Assembly (NCBI GenBank): GCA_965249525.1
Contig: OZ252237.1
Coordinates: 1,316,080 to 1,380,079, forward strand
DNA: 64,000 nt
Origin: a bacterium
GTDB lineage: Bacteria > SAR324 > JACQKK01
Direction: 5' to 3'
In this document: positions 1 to 10,059 of the stretch, piece by piece
How positions within the stretch are numbered: position 1 is the stretch's first letter
How the letters are laid out: each line of letters opens with the position of its first letter
Position numbers and translations under genes: made by a program
The notes under the pieces: model-generated
What the model was told of the DNA's origin: nothing
The model's database searches: none
The model's input: only the letters and a program-made list of their open reading frames with translations

Positions 1-1
1 C

Positions 2-2380
2 TTTGTGGTGTTGTTTAGTCTCATCCTCAGCTTGGGCTTGCTGGTAGACAACGCCATTGTGGTGGTAGAAAACATCTTCCGTCATTTGCAAAGCGGGAAA
101 AGCCATCTTGAAGCAGCACGAACGGGTGTACAAGAAGTCGCCATGCCAGTGTTCACCTCCACCCTCACCACCTTGGCTGCTTTTGGACCCTTGATTTTTA
201 TGCCAGGCATCATCGGTGAGTTCATGTCTTACCTGCCACGCACCTTGATATTCACCCTCAGTGCCTCCTTGGTGGTGGGTTTAATCATCAATCCGGTGAT
301 GTGTTCCCGCTTTATGAAACGTCCACGACAAATTTTTAAGAATAAGGATGAATTAGCCAATCTGCATCAATCTCCTATGCTGCTGCGCTATCGGGGCATG
401 CTGGAATTTTGCCTGCAGCGCCGCAAGCGGGTGCTGCTGGGCGCAGTAGCCGCATTCTTTGGAGTGATTTTTCTGTATGGGGTGCTGGTGTTTTCTCGCA
501 AGGGGGTGGAATTCTTTCCCAAAACGGAACCAGAAAGCGCCACCATCACTGTCACTGCTGCCCCTGGTGCCAGCCTGGATGTATCTGATGGCTTAATGCA
601 AGAGGTGGAACACATGGTGAATTCGCACCAGGACAGCCTGGTAGCCTACCTAACCAATGTGGGGGGTGGTGCGCGCGGCAGCTCGGGCAGCCATGTCAGC
701 CAGTTGACCATGGAATTTCCTGGCTGGAAGAAATGGCTGCTGCGTCCCAGCAAGGTGCTGGAAAATCTGCGTACCAGAATTAAAGAAGTGGCAGGGGCGG
801 ATGTCAATATCCACCAAGAGGCTGCTGGTCCGCCCACTGGCAAGCCTGTGAACATTGAACTCAGCGGCAATAATTTGCAAAAAATGCTGGAAACCTCTGA
901 TGCCATCAAGCGGCGCATCGTAGATGTGCCGGGACTGGTAGACCTGGATGACGACTTTGAACGCGTCCGTCCTGAGGTGCAAGTGCGACTGGATAGAGAA
1001 AAAATCGCCCGTGCTGGCTTTTCCAGCCAAGAGGTAGGACGACTGATACGCACCGCCTTTAATGGACGCACTGTTTCTACCATGCGACGGGGGAAAGAAG
1101 AATTTGATATCGTGGTGCGCCTGGATGAACGCTTTCGCAACGATGTACAGAACATTTCAGACCTCTACCTGTTCACCAAAGCCGGCGAGCAAATAGCTTT
1201 AAGCGAGCTGGCAGAAATCACCACCGCCCCCGCATTGGGTTCCATCCGTCATGTAGAATTGGATCGTGTGATTACCATCTCTGGCGATGCCCAGGGATAT
1301 CCCGGACCCGTGGTGCTGCGCGGGGTTCGCAGCCGTCTTAACAACTTCCCACTGCCTGATAATTTCAACCTCCGCTACACAGGCGAAAACGAAAACCGCG
1401 AAGAAGCCCAAAGCTTCCTGGGAGAAAGCTTCCTGGTGGTGCTGTTTTTAATTTTCATCATTCTGGTGACCCAGTTCAATTCCTTCTATATTCCACTGAT
1501 TATTCTAAGTTCCGTGATGCTCTCCCTGATTGGGGTGTTCTTGGGACTCATCATCCACAACCGCCCATTCAGCATTATGATGGGCGGCATTGGAGTAATC
1601 TCCCTAGCGGGCATCGTGGTGAACAATGCCATTGTGCTGCTGGATTTCATCACCCAGCTGCAGCGCAAGGGCTATCACATTAAAGAAGCGGTACTCCTCA
1701 GCGGAATGGCACGCCTGCGTCCTGTGCTGCTAACCGCCATTACCACCGTACTGGGCTTGCTGCCAGTAGCCATGAGGGCAGAAGTTTCCCTGTTCAGCTG
1801 GCCGTTTATCACCTTTGGCAGCGAAAGCAGCACCTTTTGGGTGCCCATGTCCCTGGCTGTGATTTACGGACTCTCGGCAGCCACCGTATTGACACTGTTT
1901 TTTGTACCCACCCTATACATCACCATGGCGGAATCCACCTGGAGTCTGCGCTCGCTGCGACGGGCGCTCAATCCCCTGGTGCTGCTGGGCTGGCTGATGC
2001 AGCTGGCTGATGCCGACTATCGTCGCCAGTTACGCAGCCGTGTGGGACAGCTGCTGCTACGCCTGGTGGAATTCATCATAGAACTGCCATCATGGATAAA
2101 AAGCCTGCCCCAGCGGGCAAATCCCTATCTTATGTCAGCCCTTCACCAGGCCCAAAAACTCAACACCCAAGCCAGCAAAAAAGAAACCTGGCGGGCACTC
2201 TGGCAGCAATTGCGCCTGCTGCTGCAGCAACTCTTTGATTGGCTGCGACAAAAACTGCAAAAAGGGCTGCAAAAATCCACCGCAGCATACCAGAAAGCTT
2301 CCCACAAACCTCAGCGCAAATCTCAGCGCAAATCTCAGCGCAAACCCCAGCGCAAACCCCAGCAACAAGACAAAGACTAA
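2..2380 (+). CDS. RND efflux transporter permease (AcrB/AcrD/AcrF family), 5'-truncated by window edge
   Basis: GLLVDNAIVVVENI (TM4), GIVVNNAIVLLD (TM10) and RLRPVLLTA motifs; unusually long C-terminal tail ending in RKSQ/RKPQ repeats. Confidence 0.93.
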   Translation, partial: FVVLFSLILSLGLLVDNAIVVVENIFRHLQSGKSHLEAARTGVQEVAMPVFTSTLTTLAAFGPLIFMPGIIGEFMSYLPRTLIFTLSASLVVGLIINPVMCSRFMKRPRQIFKNKDELANLHQSPMLLRYRGMLEFCLQRRKRVLLGAVAAFFGVIFLYGVLVFSRKGVEFFPKTEPESATITVTAAPGASLDVSDGLMQEVEHMVNSHQDSLVAYLTNVGGGARGSSGSHVSQLTMEFPGWKKWLLRPSKVLENLRTRIKEVAGADVNIHQEAAGPPTGKPVNIELSGNNLQKMLETSDAIKRRIVDVPGLVDLDDDFERVRPEVQVRLDREKIARAGFSSQEVGRLIRTAFNGRTVSTMRRGKEEFDIVVRLDERFRNDVQNISDLYLFTKAGEQIALSELAEITTAPALGSIRHVELDRVITISGDAQGYPGPVVLRGVRSRLNNFPLPDNFNLRYTGENENREEAQSFLGESFLVVLFLIFIILVTQFNSFYIPLIILSSVMLSLIGVFLGLIIHNRPFSIMMGGIGVISLAGIVVNNAIVLLDFITQLQRKGYHIKEAVLLSGMARLRPVLLTAITTVLGLLPVAMRAEVSLFSWPFITFGSESSTFWVPMSLAVIYGLSAATVLTLFFVPTLYITMAESTWSLRSLRRALNPLVLLGWLMQLADADYRRQLRSRVGQLLLRLVEFIIELPSWIKSLPQRANPYLMSALHQAQKLNTQASKKETWRALWQQLRLLLQQLFDWLRQKLQKGLQKSTAAYQKASHKPQRKSQRKSQRKPQRKPQQQDKD
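2305..2363 (+). repeat. 12-bp tandem repeat x5 (CAAATCTCAGCG variants) encoding the RND C-terminal tail
   Basis: Direct reading; in frame. Confidence 0.9.
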
Positions 2381-2381
2381 G

Positions 2382-2470
2382 TCCGCTGCCCCGTCATCCG
2401 CTGCCCCGTCATCCGCTGCCCCGTCATCCGCTGCCCCGTCATCTACTGCCCCGTCATCCACTGCCCCGTC
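2382..2470. repeat. 15-bp tandem repeat x6 (TCCGCTGCCCCGTCA)
   Basis: Direct reading; starts just after the RND stop codon. Confidence 0.95.
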
Positions 2471-2493
2471 CCATTTGCCAGCATGCCTCCCCC

Positions 2494-3258
2494 GTGTCTC
2501 ACACCAACCTTCCAGCTTCGGATTCACCCCTGGCATCCCCTGCTGCAGCTTTCTCCCGCTTCTCCCGCCTCTCCTGGCGCAGGCTGGCATCCCGCATTTT
2601 TCTGCCGCGCTGCTGGGACTGTGGCAAATGGCTGAACAGGCCCGACAGTGCAGAACACTTTTTCTGTCACACCTGCTTTCACAACCTGCCCTGGCAAATC
2701 CAAGCCCCTCCCTTTTCTCAGCAGCTGAGTCTGGATGGCATCTGGTCGGGCTTTTTGTATCAATCACCTCTGCAAAACTGGCTGTGGAACTTAAAATACT
2801 ACCGCCAAGACCACCTTGCCCCGCTGCTGGGCTGGCTGCTGGCACAAGCATCTGCGCCTGTCCCCTCCCAGTCATTTGACCCCCAATTATTCGATTGGGT
2901 AATCCCCGTTCCCCTGCACCCCCGCCGCACCGCCTGGAGAGGATTCAACCAATCAGAACTGCTGGCAACCCACTGGCAGCGCAACCTGAAGCTAAAAAAC
3001 CCACCCCAAATCAACAAGCACCTGTTGCAGCGCATCCGATTCACCACCCCGCAAATGCAGCTTTCCTTAGCACAACGCAAGAAAAACATGCAGAACGCCT
3101 TCGCCCCCACAACACCCATCCCCAAGCTGCAGGGCAAAAAACTGCTGCTGCTGGATGATGTCTTCACCAGCGGCAATACCCTTGGTGCTTGTGCAGCCGT
3201 GCTTAAATCTTTGGGTGCAGAAACAGTCTGGGGATTAACCCTCAGCTGGAGACCCTAA
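2494..3258 (+). CDS. comF: ComF family protein (double zinc ribbon + phosphoribosyltransferase)
   Basis: CWDC...CHTC, PVPLH, RGFNQSELLA and LLLDDVFTSGNT motifs; start uncertain (in-frame GTG 2494 chosen because the upstream ORF part is repeat-derived). Confidence 0.85.
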   Translation: MSHTNLPASDSPLASPAAAFSRFSRLSWRRLASRIFLPRCWDCGKWLNRPDSAEHFFCHTCFHNLPWQIQAPPFSQQLSLDGIWSGFLYQSPLQNWLWNLKYYRQDHLAPLLGWLLAQASAPVPSQSFDPQLFDWVIPVPLHPRRTAWRGFNQSELLATHWQRNLKLKNPPQINKHLLQRIRFTTPQMQLSLAQRKKNMQNAFAPTTPIPKLQGKKLLLLDDVFTSGNTLGACAAVLKSLGAETVWGLTLSWRP

Positions 3259-3259
3259 C

Positions 3260-3724
3260 ATGGCAAACTCTCCCAAATCGCCGCCTTCCTCCCCTCCTCC
3301 TCGCTGGCGGGTTCGCATGCCTTTGGGACTTGGCTTGGGGCTGCTGGCAGTCCTGGTGCTGGCCAGCAAACAAACCAACAGCCCCCTTAGAGAAATCTTC
3401 ACCATGGCAGCCATGATCATCGCCTTGTGGACAGCCTTCAGCCTGAACATCCCCCCCAAACGCCCCGAATACAGAGACTCTGTCTTCTTTCCTGGGCCCC
3501 CTGACATACATCCCGATACCCTCCCGTCCGATGACTTCCCGCCCGATGACCTGCAGCCTGATGACCTGCAGCATCCACCCGCTGCTGACACCACTGCTGA
3601 CACCGCTGCTGACACTGCTGCCAGAAAGTCCCCCAAAAAACCTTCCAAAAAACCTTCCAAAAAATCCCCCAAAAGACTTGCTAAAAGAACCCCCACCAAG
3701 CCTCAGCAACACAAAGACAGCTAA
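3260..3724 (+). CDS. Hypothetical membrane protein with low-complexity repeat C-terminus
   Basis: ATG 1 nt after the comF stop; two hydrophobic segments; PDDLQ/ADTA/KKPS repeats. Confidence 0.55.
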   Translation: MANSPKSPPSSPPPRWRVRMPLGLGLGLLAVLVLASKQTNSPLREIFTMAAMIIALWTAFSLNIPPKRPEYRDSVFFPGPPDIHPDTLPSDDFPPDDLQPDDLQHPPAADTTADTAADTAARKSPKKPSKKPSKKSPKRLAKRTPTKPQQHKDS

Positions 3725-3785
3725 GATGCTGCTTGCAGGGTGCTGTTTCGCAGGACACTGCCTAAGCTGGCAAAATTTTCACAAC

Positions 3786-4400
3786 TTAGAATAAGAAGAA
3801 ATAGTTGATATCTGTTGTAGCGAAATCTACATCCTCTGCAATGAAAGTCGCTCCCCCACCTATTTTGGTGCTCAACAAGCGATGTGCCAAACGCAAAGCC
3901 TTATTATTGGCTAAGTTCCACTCTACTCCCACACCAAAATGGGTTCCCCCATTTGCGCTTGTCTCAGAAATACTGGCGGATCCATCGGATTCCGTTATCT
4001 CAGCACCAACACCACTTCTACCAAAAATGAGCAAGGGAGTAGCCGTTCCCGCACCTTTGAAAAGATATTGTCCTTCTATCCGAAAAATTGCAGTTTCGAG
4101 AGTCTGCACTGCATCACCATCCGTTAATTCTTCTTCATCGCCTAAGAAATAGTTGATTTCAAATCCCCAATTAGAATTTGCTGGGCGAAAACCATAAGTC
4201 AAGCCAAGTCCTGATTGTGATGTAAAATCAATTTCATTCTCCCAATCCAAACTGCTGGAACCATAACCGAATCCCCAATAGCGATTGCTATTGCTATTGC
4301 TATCTTGTGCGTAGCTGTGCGTTCCCCATCCCAGCAACAGCCATGCTGCCAGCACAGGAAAGAAAAATAAGCAAGACTTACAAAAACATGATTTTTTCAT
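3786..4400 (-). CDS. Outer-membrane beta-barrel protein (OmpA-like TM/porin family), paralog A
   Basis: Signal peptide ending SYA-Q, alternating beta-strand pattern, C-terminal aromatic beta-signal YFFLF; start taken at MKKSC. Confidence 0.75.
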   Translation of the reverse strand: MKKSCFCKSCLFFFPVLAAWLLLGWGTHSYAQDSNSNSNRYWGFGYGSSSLDWENEIDFTSQSGLGLTYGFRPANSNWGFEINYFLGDEEELTDGDAVQTLETAIFRIEGQYLFKGAGTATPLLIFGRSGVGAEITESDGSASISETSANGGTHFGVGVEWNLANNKALRLAHRLLSTKIGGGATFIAEDVDFATTDINYFFLF

Positions 4401-4590
4401 TTTATTTTCTCTCTTTAGAAATGATAGATCCTCCATTTTTTTAGGAGAAGTTACAGAACAAAATGCCGTGAAACTTAGAAACCCTAATAAAATAGGGCAT
4501 TCCAAATACCTTCAACAAAATTGCCTAGTCCCTTTTATATTTTTTTCTTTACTGTGTCAGCATAAAAATAGGAATTTATACCCATATATT

Positions 4591-5289
4591 TTAGAAGAAG
4601 AAGAGAAAGCCGAACTCGCCTGAACTGGTACTGAGGTATTTATTGTCAGAAAATCTGTTGGGATTGGCACTTTCTGCGGCATCCAATTTAACATCAAACC
4701 AACGGATGGCGAAACGGGAGATAAATTCCTCATCACCAAATTCCATCCCAGCCCCATAATGCAGCCCGCTGCCTGAGATGGTGATGGTATCGCTGATATT
4801 GGTAAACTCCCCGTTCTCCACCCTGTTGGTCTCAAAATTGACCACCCCTCCAAAATTGCTAATGCCCATAAGCAGCAAGGGACGCACCCCTGTTGATTGA
4901 AAAAGATACTGCCACTCTAAGCGCAGCAGGACATTGGGCACAGTGACATCGTAGACCGTGCTGTCACTTCCATCAATTTCAGTGATGGTTTTTCCTTCTG
5001 AATCGTTGACCGCAAAATTCAGTTCATAACCAAGTCTGCCGTTTGCTGGGCGATACCCCACAAAGATGCCAATTCCCCCTTGATCCTTGGGCAGATGGGC
5101 ATTGTCTTGCCAGTCCAAACTGCTGGAACCCAAACCAATGCCCCAATAGCGACTGCTACTGCTATTGCTATTACTATTGCTATTGCTATCTTGTGCGTAG
5201 CTGTGCGTTCCCCATCCCAGCAGCCATGCTGCTAGTACAGGAACTAAAAGCAGGGGGGTCGCATGTTGAAGGAAAAATTTTTTGTTCAT
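4591..5289 (-). CDS. Outer-membrane beta-barrel protein, paralog B
   Basis: Same N-terminus as paralog A (WGTHSYAQDSNSN..RYWG.G.GSSSLDW); C-terminal FGFLFFF; GGAGG RBS upstream of MNKKF. Confidence 0.78.
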   Translation of the reverse strand: MNKKFFLQHATPLLLVPVLAAWLLGWGTHSYAQDSNSNSNSNSSSSRYWGIGLGSSSLDWQDNAHLPKDQGGIGIFVGYRPANGRLGYELNFAVNDSEGKTITEIDGSDSTVYDVTVPNVLLRLEWQYLFQSTGVRPLLLMGISNFGGVVNFETNRVENGEFTNISDTITISGSGLHYGAGMEFGDEEFISRFAIRWFDVKLDAAESANPNRFSDNKYLSTSSGEFGFLFFF

Positions 5290-5353
5290 GCTGATTCCTC
5301 CTGTTTTGAAGGTTTGCGGGGCTGAGAACAATGCTGAAAACAACAGCCAGCTA

Positions 5354-5968
5354 CTATGGCAGCCAGGGAGTTTCCTGCCTTCTTTTTACTTCGTAGGCTT
5401 TAATGTCAGGAAGGTGTCGCAAGGTGCGGGTGATATCATCCAGCCCTTGCAGGAGGGTCTGTTTGTCTTCTGCTTCCAGTTGGAAGGAGAAGTTTTCTCC
5501 ATCAGCAGTGGTGATGCGATCTGCTGGCAGGTGGATTTCTATGCGCTGGCGGGGATGCTGCTGGATGTATTGGAGCAGAATTTGTTGATCTGGGGAAGAA
5601 ATCTTGGCAGGCAGGAGACCGTTTTTGATAGCGTTGCTGTAGAAGATATCCGCAAAGCTGGTAGCAAGTACGGCGCGAATGCCGTAATCCATCAGGGACC
5701 ACACAGCGTGTTCGCGGCTGGAACCACAGCCGAAGTTGCGCCCAGCAAGCAAGATGCCTGCCTTGCGAAATGCTGGTTGGTTGAGGATGAAATCGGGGTT
5801 GGGCTGGTCTTTGCTGCCATTAAGATAGCGCCAGTCATTAAACAGATGCTGTCCGAATCCCTGGCGTCCGATAGCTTTTAGAAATTGCTTGGGGATGATC
5901 ACGTCGGTATTAATATCGTCGTGATCAAGATAAGCAGCAATAGCTGTATGTGAGATAAAAGGCTTCAT
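5354..5968 (-). CDS. leuD: 3-isopropylmalate dehydratase small subunit
   Basis: DINTDVIIPKQFLK and NFGCGSSREHA motifs; follows leuC. Confidence 0.97.
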   Translation of the reverse strand: MKPFISHTAIAAYLDHDDINTDVIIPKQFLKAIGRQGFGQHLFNDWRYLNGSKDQPNPDFILNQPAFRKAGILLAGRNFGCGSSREHAVWSLMDYGIRAVLATSFADIFYSNAIKNGLLPAKISSPDQQILLQYIQQHPRQRIEIHLPADRITTADGENFSFQLEAEDKQTLLQGLDDITRTLRHLPDIKAYEVKRRQETPWLP

Positions 5969-6063
5969 GGCTGTTACTGTATGGCTGTTACTGTATGGCT
6001 GTTACTGTATGGCTGTTACTGTATGGCTGTTACTGTATGGCTGTTACTGTATGGCTGTTACTG
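5967..6063. repeat. 14-bp tandem repeat x7 (ATGGCTGTTACTGT) filling the leuC-leuD gap
   Basis: Direct reading; the end copy overlaps the leuD start codon. Confidence 0.97.
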
Positions 6064-6071
6064 ATAGGTTG

Positions 6072-7481
6072 TCACTGCAGTTGACGGACATCGGTGAGGC
6101 GGCCTGTGAGGGCAGCGGCGGCTGCCATGGCGGGACTAAGCAGATGGGTGCGACCGCCCATGCCTTGGCGTCCTTCAAAATTGCGATTGCTGGTGGAAGC
6201 GCAGCGTTCACCTGGTTTGAGAATGTCTGGATTCATACCCAGACACATAGAACAACCCGGTTCTCTCCATTCCAAGCCGGCTTCGGTAAAGATGCGATTC
6301 AGTCCTTCGGCTTCAGCTTGTGTACGCACCTGCCCGCTGCCAGGCACCACCATGGCGCGTACATTATCAGCCACCCGCTTGCCCGCCACCAAGCGACCAA
6401 CTTCGCGCAAGTCTTCTATACGGCTGTTGGTGCATGAACCAATAAAAACACGGTCTATTTTAATGTCCTGCATGCGCATGCCTGGTTTTAGTCCCATATA
6501 GGCCAATGCACGCTGCCAGAGCTTGCGCTGGTTTTCATCGGTGGCATCTTTCAGCTGAGGAATGCTGTCTTCAATGGATGTCACCATGCCAGGGTTTGTT
6601 CCCCAGGTAACTTGGGGGGACAATCCGCTGACATTCAAGTGCACTTCTTTGTCAAAGTATGCGCCCTCTTCGCTAGACAGGCTGTCCCAATGGGATACCG
6701 CATGCTTCCAATCCTGCCCCTTGGGGGCATAAGGGCGACCTTTAACATAGGCGTAGGTGGTTTCATCTGGAGCCATCATGCCTGCACGCGCACCTGCCTC
6801 AATGGACATGTTGCAAATGGTCATGCGTGCTTCCATGCTCATGGATGTTACAGCTGAACCACTGTATTCAATCACATGACCCACCCCGCCATCCACACCA
6901 ATGCAGCCAATCAATCCCAAAATGACATCTTTGGCATATACCCCAGGTTTCAACTCTCCTTCCAAGCGTACCCGCATGGACCGCGGGTGTGCCAGCAGCA
7001 CCGTCTGGGTGGCAAACACATGCTCTACATCCGAAGTCCCTATGCCAAATGCCAATGAGCCAAATGCCCCATGGGTGGAAGTGTGGGAATCTCCACAAAC
7101 AATGGTCATGCCAGGCTGAGTCAGACCTTGTTCTGGCCCCACCATATGGACAATCCCATTACGGACATCGCCCATATCAAACAGCTGGATGCCGAATTCT
7201 TTGGCATTGCCACGCAGAGTCTCCACTTGCTTGGCAGCAATAGGGTCTGCTATAGGACTTGTTTGATTCTCAGTGGGAATGCTATGGTCTAGCACCGCCA
7301 ATGTCTGCTGGGGGCAGCGCAGCGAATGATGCCTCAGGCGCAGCCCCTCAAACGCTTGTGGAGAAGTAACTTCGTGGATGTAGTGTTGGTCAATGTATAG
7401 AACATAACGCGTGCCTTCTGGTTTCACTACATGGGCATTCCATATCTTTTCAAACAATGATTTTGGCATGACGGATACCAT
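6072..7481 (-). CDS. leuC: 3-isopropylmalate dehydratase large subunit
   Basis: [36 protein letters not shown] and [12 protein letters not shown] motifs. Confidence 0.98.
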   Translation of the reverse strand: MVSVMPKSLFEKIWNAHVVKPEGTRYVLYIDQHYIHEVTSPQAFEGLRLRHHSLRCPQQTLAVLDHSIPTENQTSPIADPIAAKQVETLRGNAKEFGIQLFDMGDVRNGIVHMVGPEQGLTQPGMTIVCGDSHTSTHGAFGSLAFGIGTSDVEHVFATQTVLLAHPRSMRVRLEGELKPGVYAKDVILGLIGCIGVDGGVGHVIEYSGSAVTSMSMEARMTICNMSIEAGARAGMMAPDETTYAYVKGRPYAPKGQDWKHAVSHWDSLSSEEGAYFDKEVHLNVSGLSPQVTWGTNPGMVTSIEDSIPQLKDATDENQRKLWQRALAYMGLKPGMRMQDIKIDRVFIGSCTNSRIEDLREVGRLVAGKRVADNVRAMVVPGSGQVRTQAEAEGLNRIFTEAGLEWREPGCSMCLGMNPDILKPGERCASTSNRNFEGRQGMGGRTHLLSPAMAAAAALTGRLTDVRQLQ

Positions 7482-7572
7482 GAGTAAATAGTTGATAAAG
7501 TAATTGATACCCTAGCAAAAAAGACCCAAAATAGCTACCAAATAGCTGCAAACATGATACCTGTCTGTTTTG

Positions 7573-7741
7573 ATTGCCACCAGTTATTGCCACCAGTTAT
7601 TGCCACCAGTTGCCCACAGCATAATTTTCTGTTAGGACACAGTCTGCTTGACAGTATTTCTCAAACAGTATTGTTCAAACAGTATTGTTCAAACATACAA
7701 AAACTAGCCTCCATACAAAAACTAGCCTCCATACAAAAACT
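7573..7741. repeat. Three adjacent short tandem repeats (13-bp ATTGCCACCAGTT x3; 14-bp TCAAACAGTATTGT x2+; 18-bp ATACAAAAACTAGCCTCC x2+)
   Basis: Direct reading of the divergent leuC/EVE intergenic region. Confidence 0.85.
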
Positions 7742-7788
7742 GGCAGCTTTGATTATTGTAACCAACACCATAACAAAATACTATCTCC

Positions 7789-8286
7789 ATGCAGTACTGG
7801 CTGTTGAAAAGCGAACCCACCACCTACGGCATTGAGCATCTGGCACAAGAGCCTGATCAGACAGATTTTTGGGACGGAGTTCGCAACTACCAAGCACGCA
7901 ACCTGATGCGCGACCAAATGCAGCCAGGAGATCTGGGCATTTTTTACCACAGTAGTTGTTCGCCTGCTGGAGCCGCAGGAGTGGTGCGCATCGTTGGTGC
8001 TGCCCAAGCCGACTCCACCGCCACCGATGCCCACAGCCCCTACTATGATCCCCGCTCATCTCTTGACAACCCCATTTGGCTGGGAGTAAAGGTGAAATTG
8101 GTAGAAGTGTTCCCTCAAATATTACCGCTTGCTGCCATGCGCACCATGCCCCCATTGCAAGACATGCTCTTGCTGCGGCGCGGCATGCGGCTGTCCATTC
8201 AACCAGTTGAAACCCAGGCTTTTTGGCACATCGTTCAGGCTGCCCAAGGACGCTTGAAACCAGAAACGGCATCCCATGAATTATAA
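7789..8286 (+). CDS. EVE domain-containing protein
   Basis: YWLLKSEP, WDGVRNYQARN, FYHS and RLSIQPV motifs. Confidence 0.95.
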   Translation: MQYWLLKSEPTTYGIEHLAQEPDQTDFWDGVRNYQARNLMRDQMQPGDLGIFYHSSCSPAGAAGVVRIVGAAQADSTATDAHSPYYDPRSSLDNPIWLGVKVKLVEVFPQILPLAAMRTMPPLQDMLLLRRGMRLSIQPVETQAFWHIVQAAQGRLKPETASHEL

Positions 8287-8941
8287 GCATATCCGCACCA
8301 CTCTCTGGGTTGCTGTGGCAGCAGTCTCCGTGCTGTGGGCAGCAGCAGCACTCAACAACTTCTTGCGTTTGCCCCCATCCTTAAAGCCCAATTTCCTCCT
8401 CACAGATGCCAACGGCAAGGCCACTACCCTGCAAAATTTTTCGGGCAAATGGGTGATTTTGGTCTTTGGCTTTACCTCCTGCCCAGATATCTGCGCAGCC
8501 ACGCTCAGCAAAACCTCTTTTGCCCTTCACCAACTGGGAGACGATGCCAAGCAAATCGCCACGCTGTTCATCAATATAGACCCCCAAGACACCCCCCAAG
8601 ACGTCGCCAACTGGCTGAAACCCTACCACCCCAGTATCCAAGCACTGCATGGAAATGCTGATGCCCTCCAGGCTGCAGCCCGCAGCCTGGGAGGTGATAT
8701 TGAAATCGGCGGCTTTCATCAACCAACCCCGCAACACACCCATCCCCCCAAGGCTGAGCTTCAAACCCGCCCATCCTCAGCCAATTCTGCTGCTCGCCAA
8801 CACAGCGAACATCGTCTGTTTAACCATCCTTCCTCATTGTTTCTGATTTCCCCCACAGGCAAACTGGCAGCTAAACTGCCTTTTACAGCCACACCACCAG
8901 AGTGGGCGGAAGCTATCCGAAAACAGCTTTATGGCGATTGA
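8276..8941 (+). CDS. SCO1/SenC family copper chaperone
   Basis: N-terminal TM anchor, FGFTSCPDIC motif, conserved His (NHPSS). Confidence 0.92.
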   Translation: MNYKHIRTTLWVAVAAVSVLWAAAALNNFLRLPPSLKPNFLLTDANGKATTLQNFSGKWVILVFGFTSCPDICAATLSKTSFALHQLGDDAKQIATLFINIDPQDTPQDVANWLKPYHPSIQALHGNADALQAAARSLGGDIEIGGFHQPTPQHTHPPKAELQTRPSSANSAARQHSEHRLFNHPSSLFLISPTGKLAAKLPFTATPPEWAEAIRKQLYGD

Positions 8942-10022
8942 TTCCCACTCCCCTGTTCCTGTCGGTACGCAGGCATCCCAGCTATTATCAGCACTTGCCA
9001 ATAAGTACGGACTGCCAGCTGTGGTACGCATAGAGGCTATGCAGGGTGGTGGTTCCACCAAACAATTTTTCCGTCTGTTCTTGCCAGACACCCACCAGCC
9101 AAAGAGCGTGGTGGGGGTGATAGCAGAATCAGCTGCACAGGTGCAGCAAATAGAAATTTGCGCAGGTTTTTTCCACAGCAAGGGTCTACGCATAGCCTGC
9201 CTGCTGGCAAGCAGCCCCGACCCCCCCTGCTACCTGCTGGAAGATTTAGGACAGTGGACGCTGTTTCAACGATTGGTCCAATGGCGCAACACCCCTGATA
9301 AACGATCCCAGCTGCTTCCTGCCCTCTCCAAAACCCTCCGCTGGCTGCCCCAATTCCAAAAACACGGCACCCAAGGCATGCGCACCCAGCAGCTGCCCGT
9401 TGCCCATCACATGAACAAAAAACTTATCCAGCAAGACTGGGGGAACTTCATGCAGTATTTCGTAGCCTCCAACCATCCTGAAATGCTGCCCCCATCCCCA
9501 CAAGTACAAGCAGATATCCAACAGCTGCTGGAACGGCTGCTGGCTTTGGAACATCGCTGGTTCTGCTACCGCGATTTTCAGTGCCGCAATATCATGTGGC
9601 CAGCAGACGATTGCTCGGGCGAACCCGTCTTTATTGACTACCAAGACGGCATGCAGGGACCGCTGGCTTATGATTTGGTGTCCCTGCTGTACAGCCCAGA
9701 TACCGGTCTTAGCCCTGTGCAACGGACACAGCTGACCCAGGTCTACCTGGAGGCCCTGGCTGAAGCAGATTTGCCCTACCCTCCAGATTTTGAAACACAG
9801 CACCATTTGCTGCTGTGGCAGCGACGCACCCAAGCCATCGCAGCCTATGCCCGCATCGCAAAAAGCGGCAAGGCCAATTACCTCAAAAAGCTGCCTCCTG
9901 CTATCGCTGACTTATTGAATCTGCTAGCAGCCGATTGTTTTCCCCCAGGGCTTCCCCATCTGAAAAACTGGCTGCAGCTGCTGCTGCAATACGCTTCAAG
10001 CAAACCTTGGTCCACGCCTTAA
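8931..10022 (+). CDS. Aminoglycoside phosphotransferase-family kinase (AmgK-like)
   Basis: LLEDLG, YRDFQCRNIM, IDYQD and GPLAYDLVSLL motifs. Confidence 0.85.
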   Translation: MAIDSHSPVPVGTQASQLLSALANKYGLPAVVRIEAMQGGGSTKQFFRLFLPDTHQPKSVVGVIAESAAQVQQIEICAGFFHSKGLRIACLLASSPDPPCYLLEDLGQWTLFQRLVQWRNTPDKRSQLLPALSKTLRWLPQFQKHGTQGMRTQQLPVAHHMNKKLIQQDWGNFMQYFVASNHPEMLPPSPQVQADIQQLLERLLALEHRWFCYRDFQCRNIMWPADDCSGEPVFIDYQDGMQGPLAYDLVSLLYSPDTGLSPVQRTQLTQVYLEALAEADLPYPPDFETQHHLLLWQRRTQAIAAYARIAKSGKANYLKKLPPAIADLLNLLAADCFPPGLPHLKNWLQLLLQYASSKPWSTP

Positions 10023-10059
10023 ACCAAGTCTTAAACCAAGTCTTAAACCTCGCCAAGTT

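Noticed and set aside
2239-2493. Long N-terminal extension of ComF given by the ORF track
   Set aside because: It overlaps the RND gene end and the 15-bp array; likely read-through of repeats rather than the true start.
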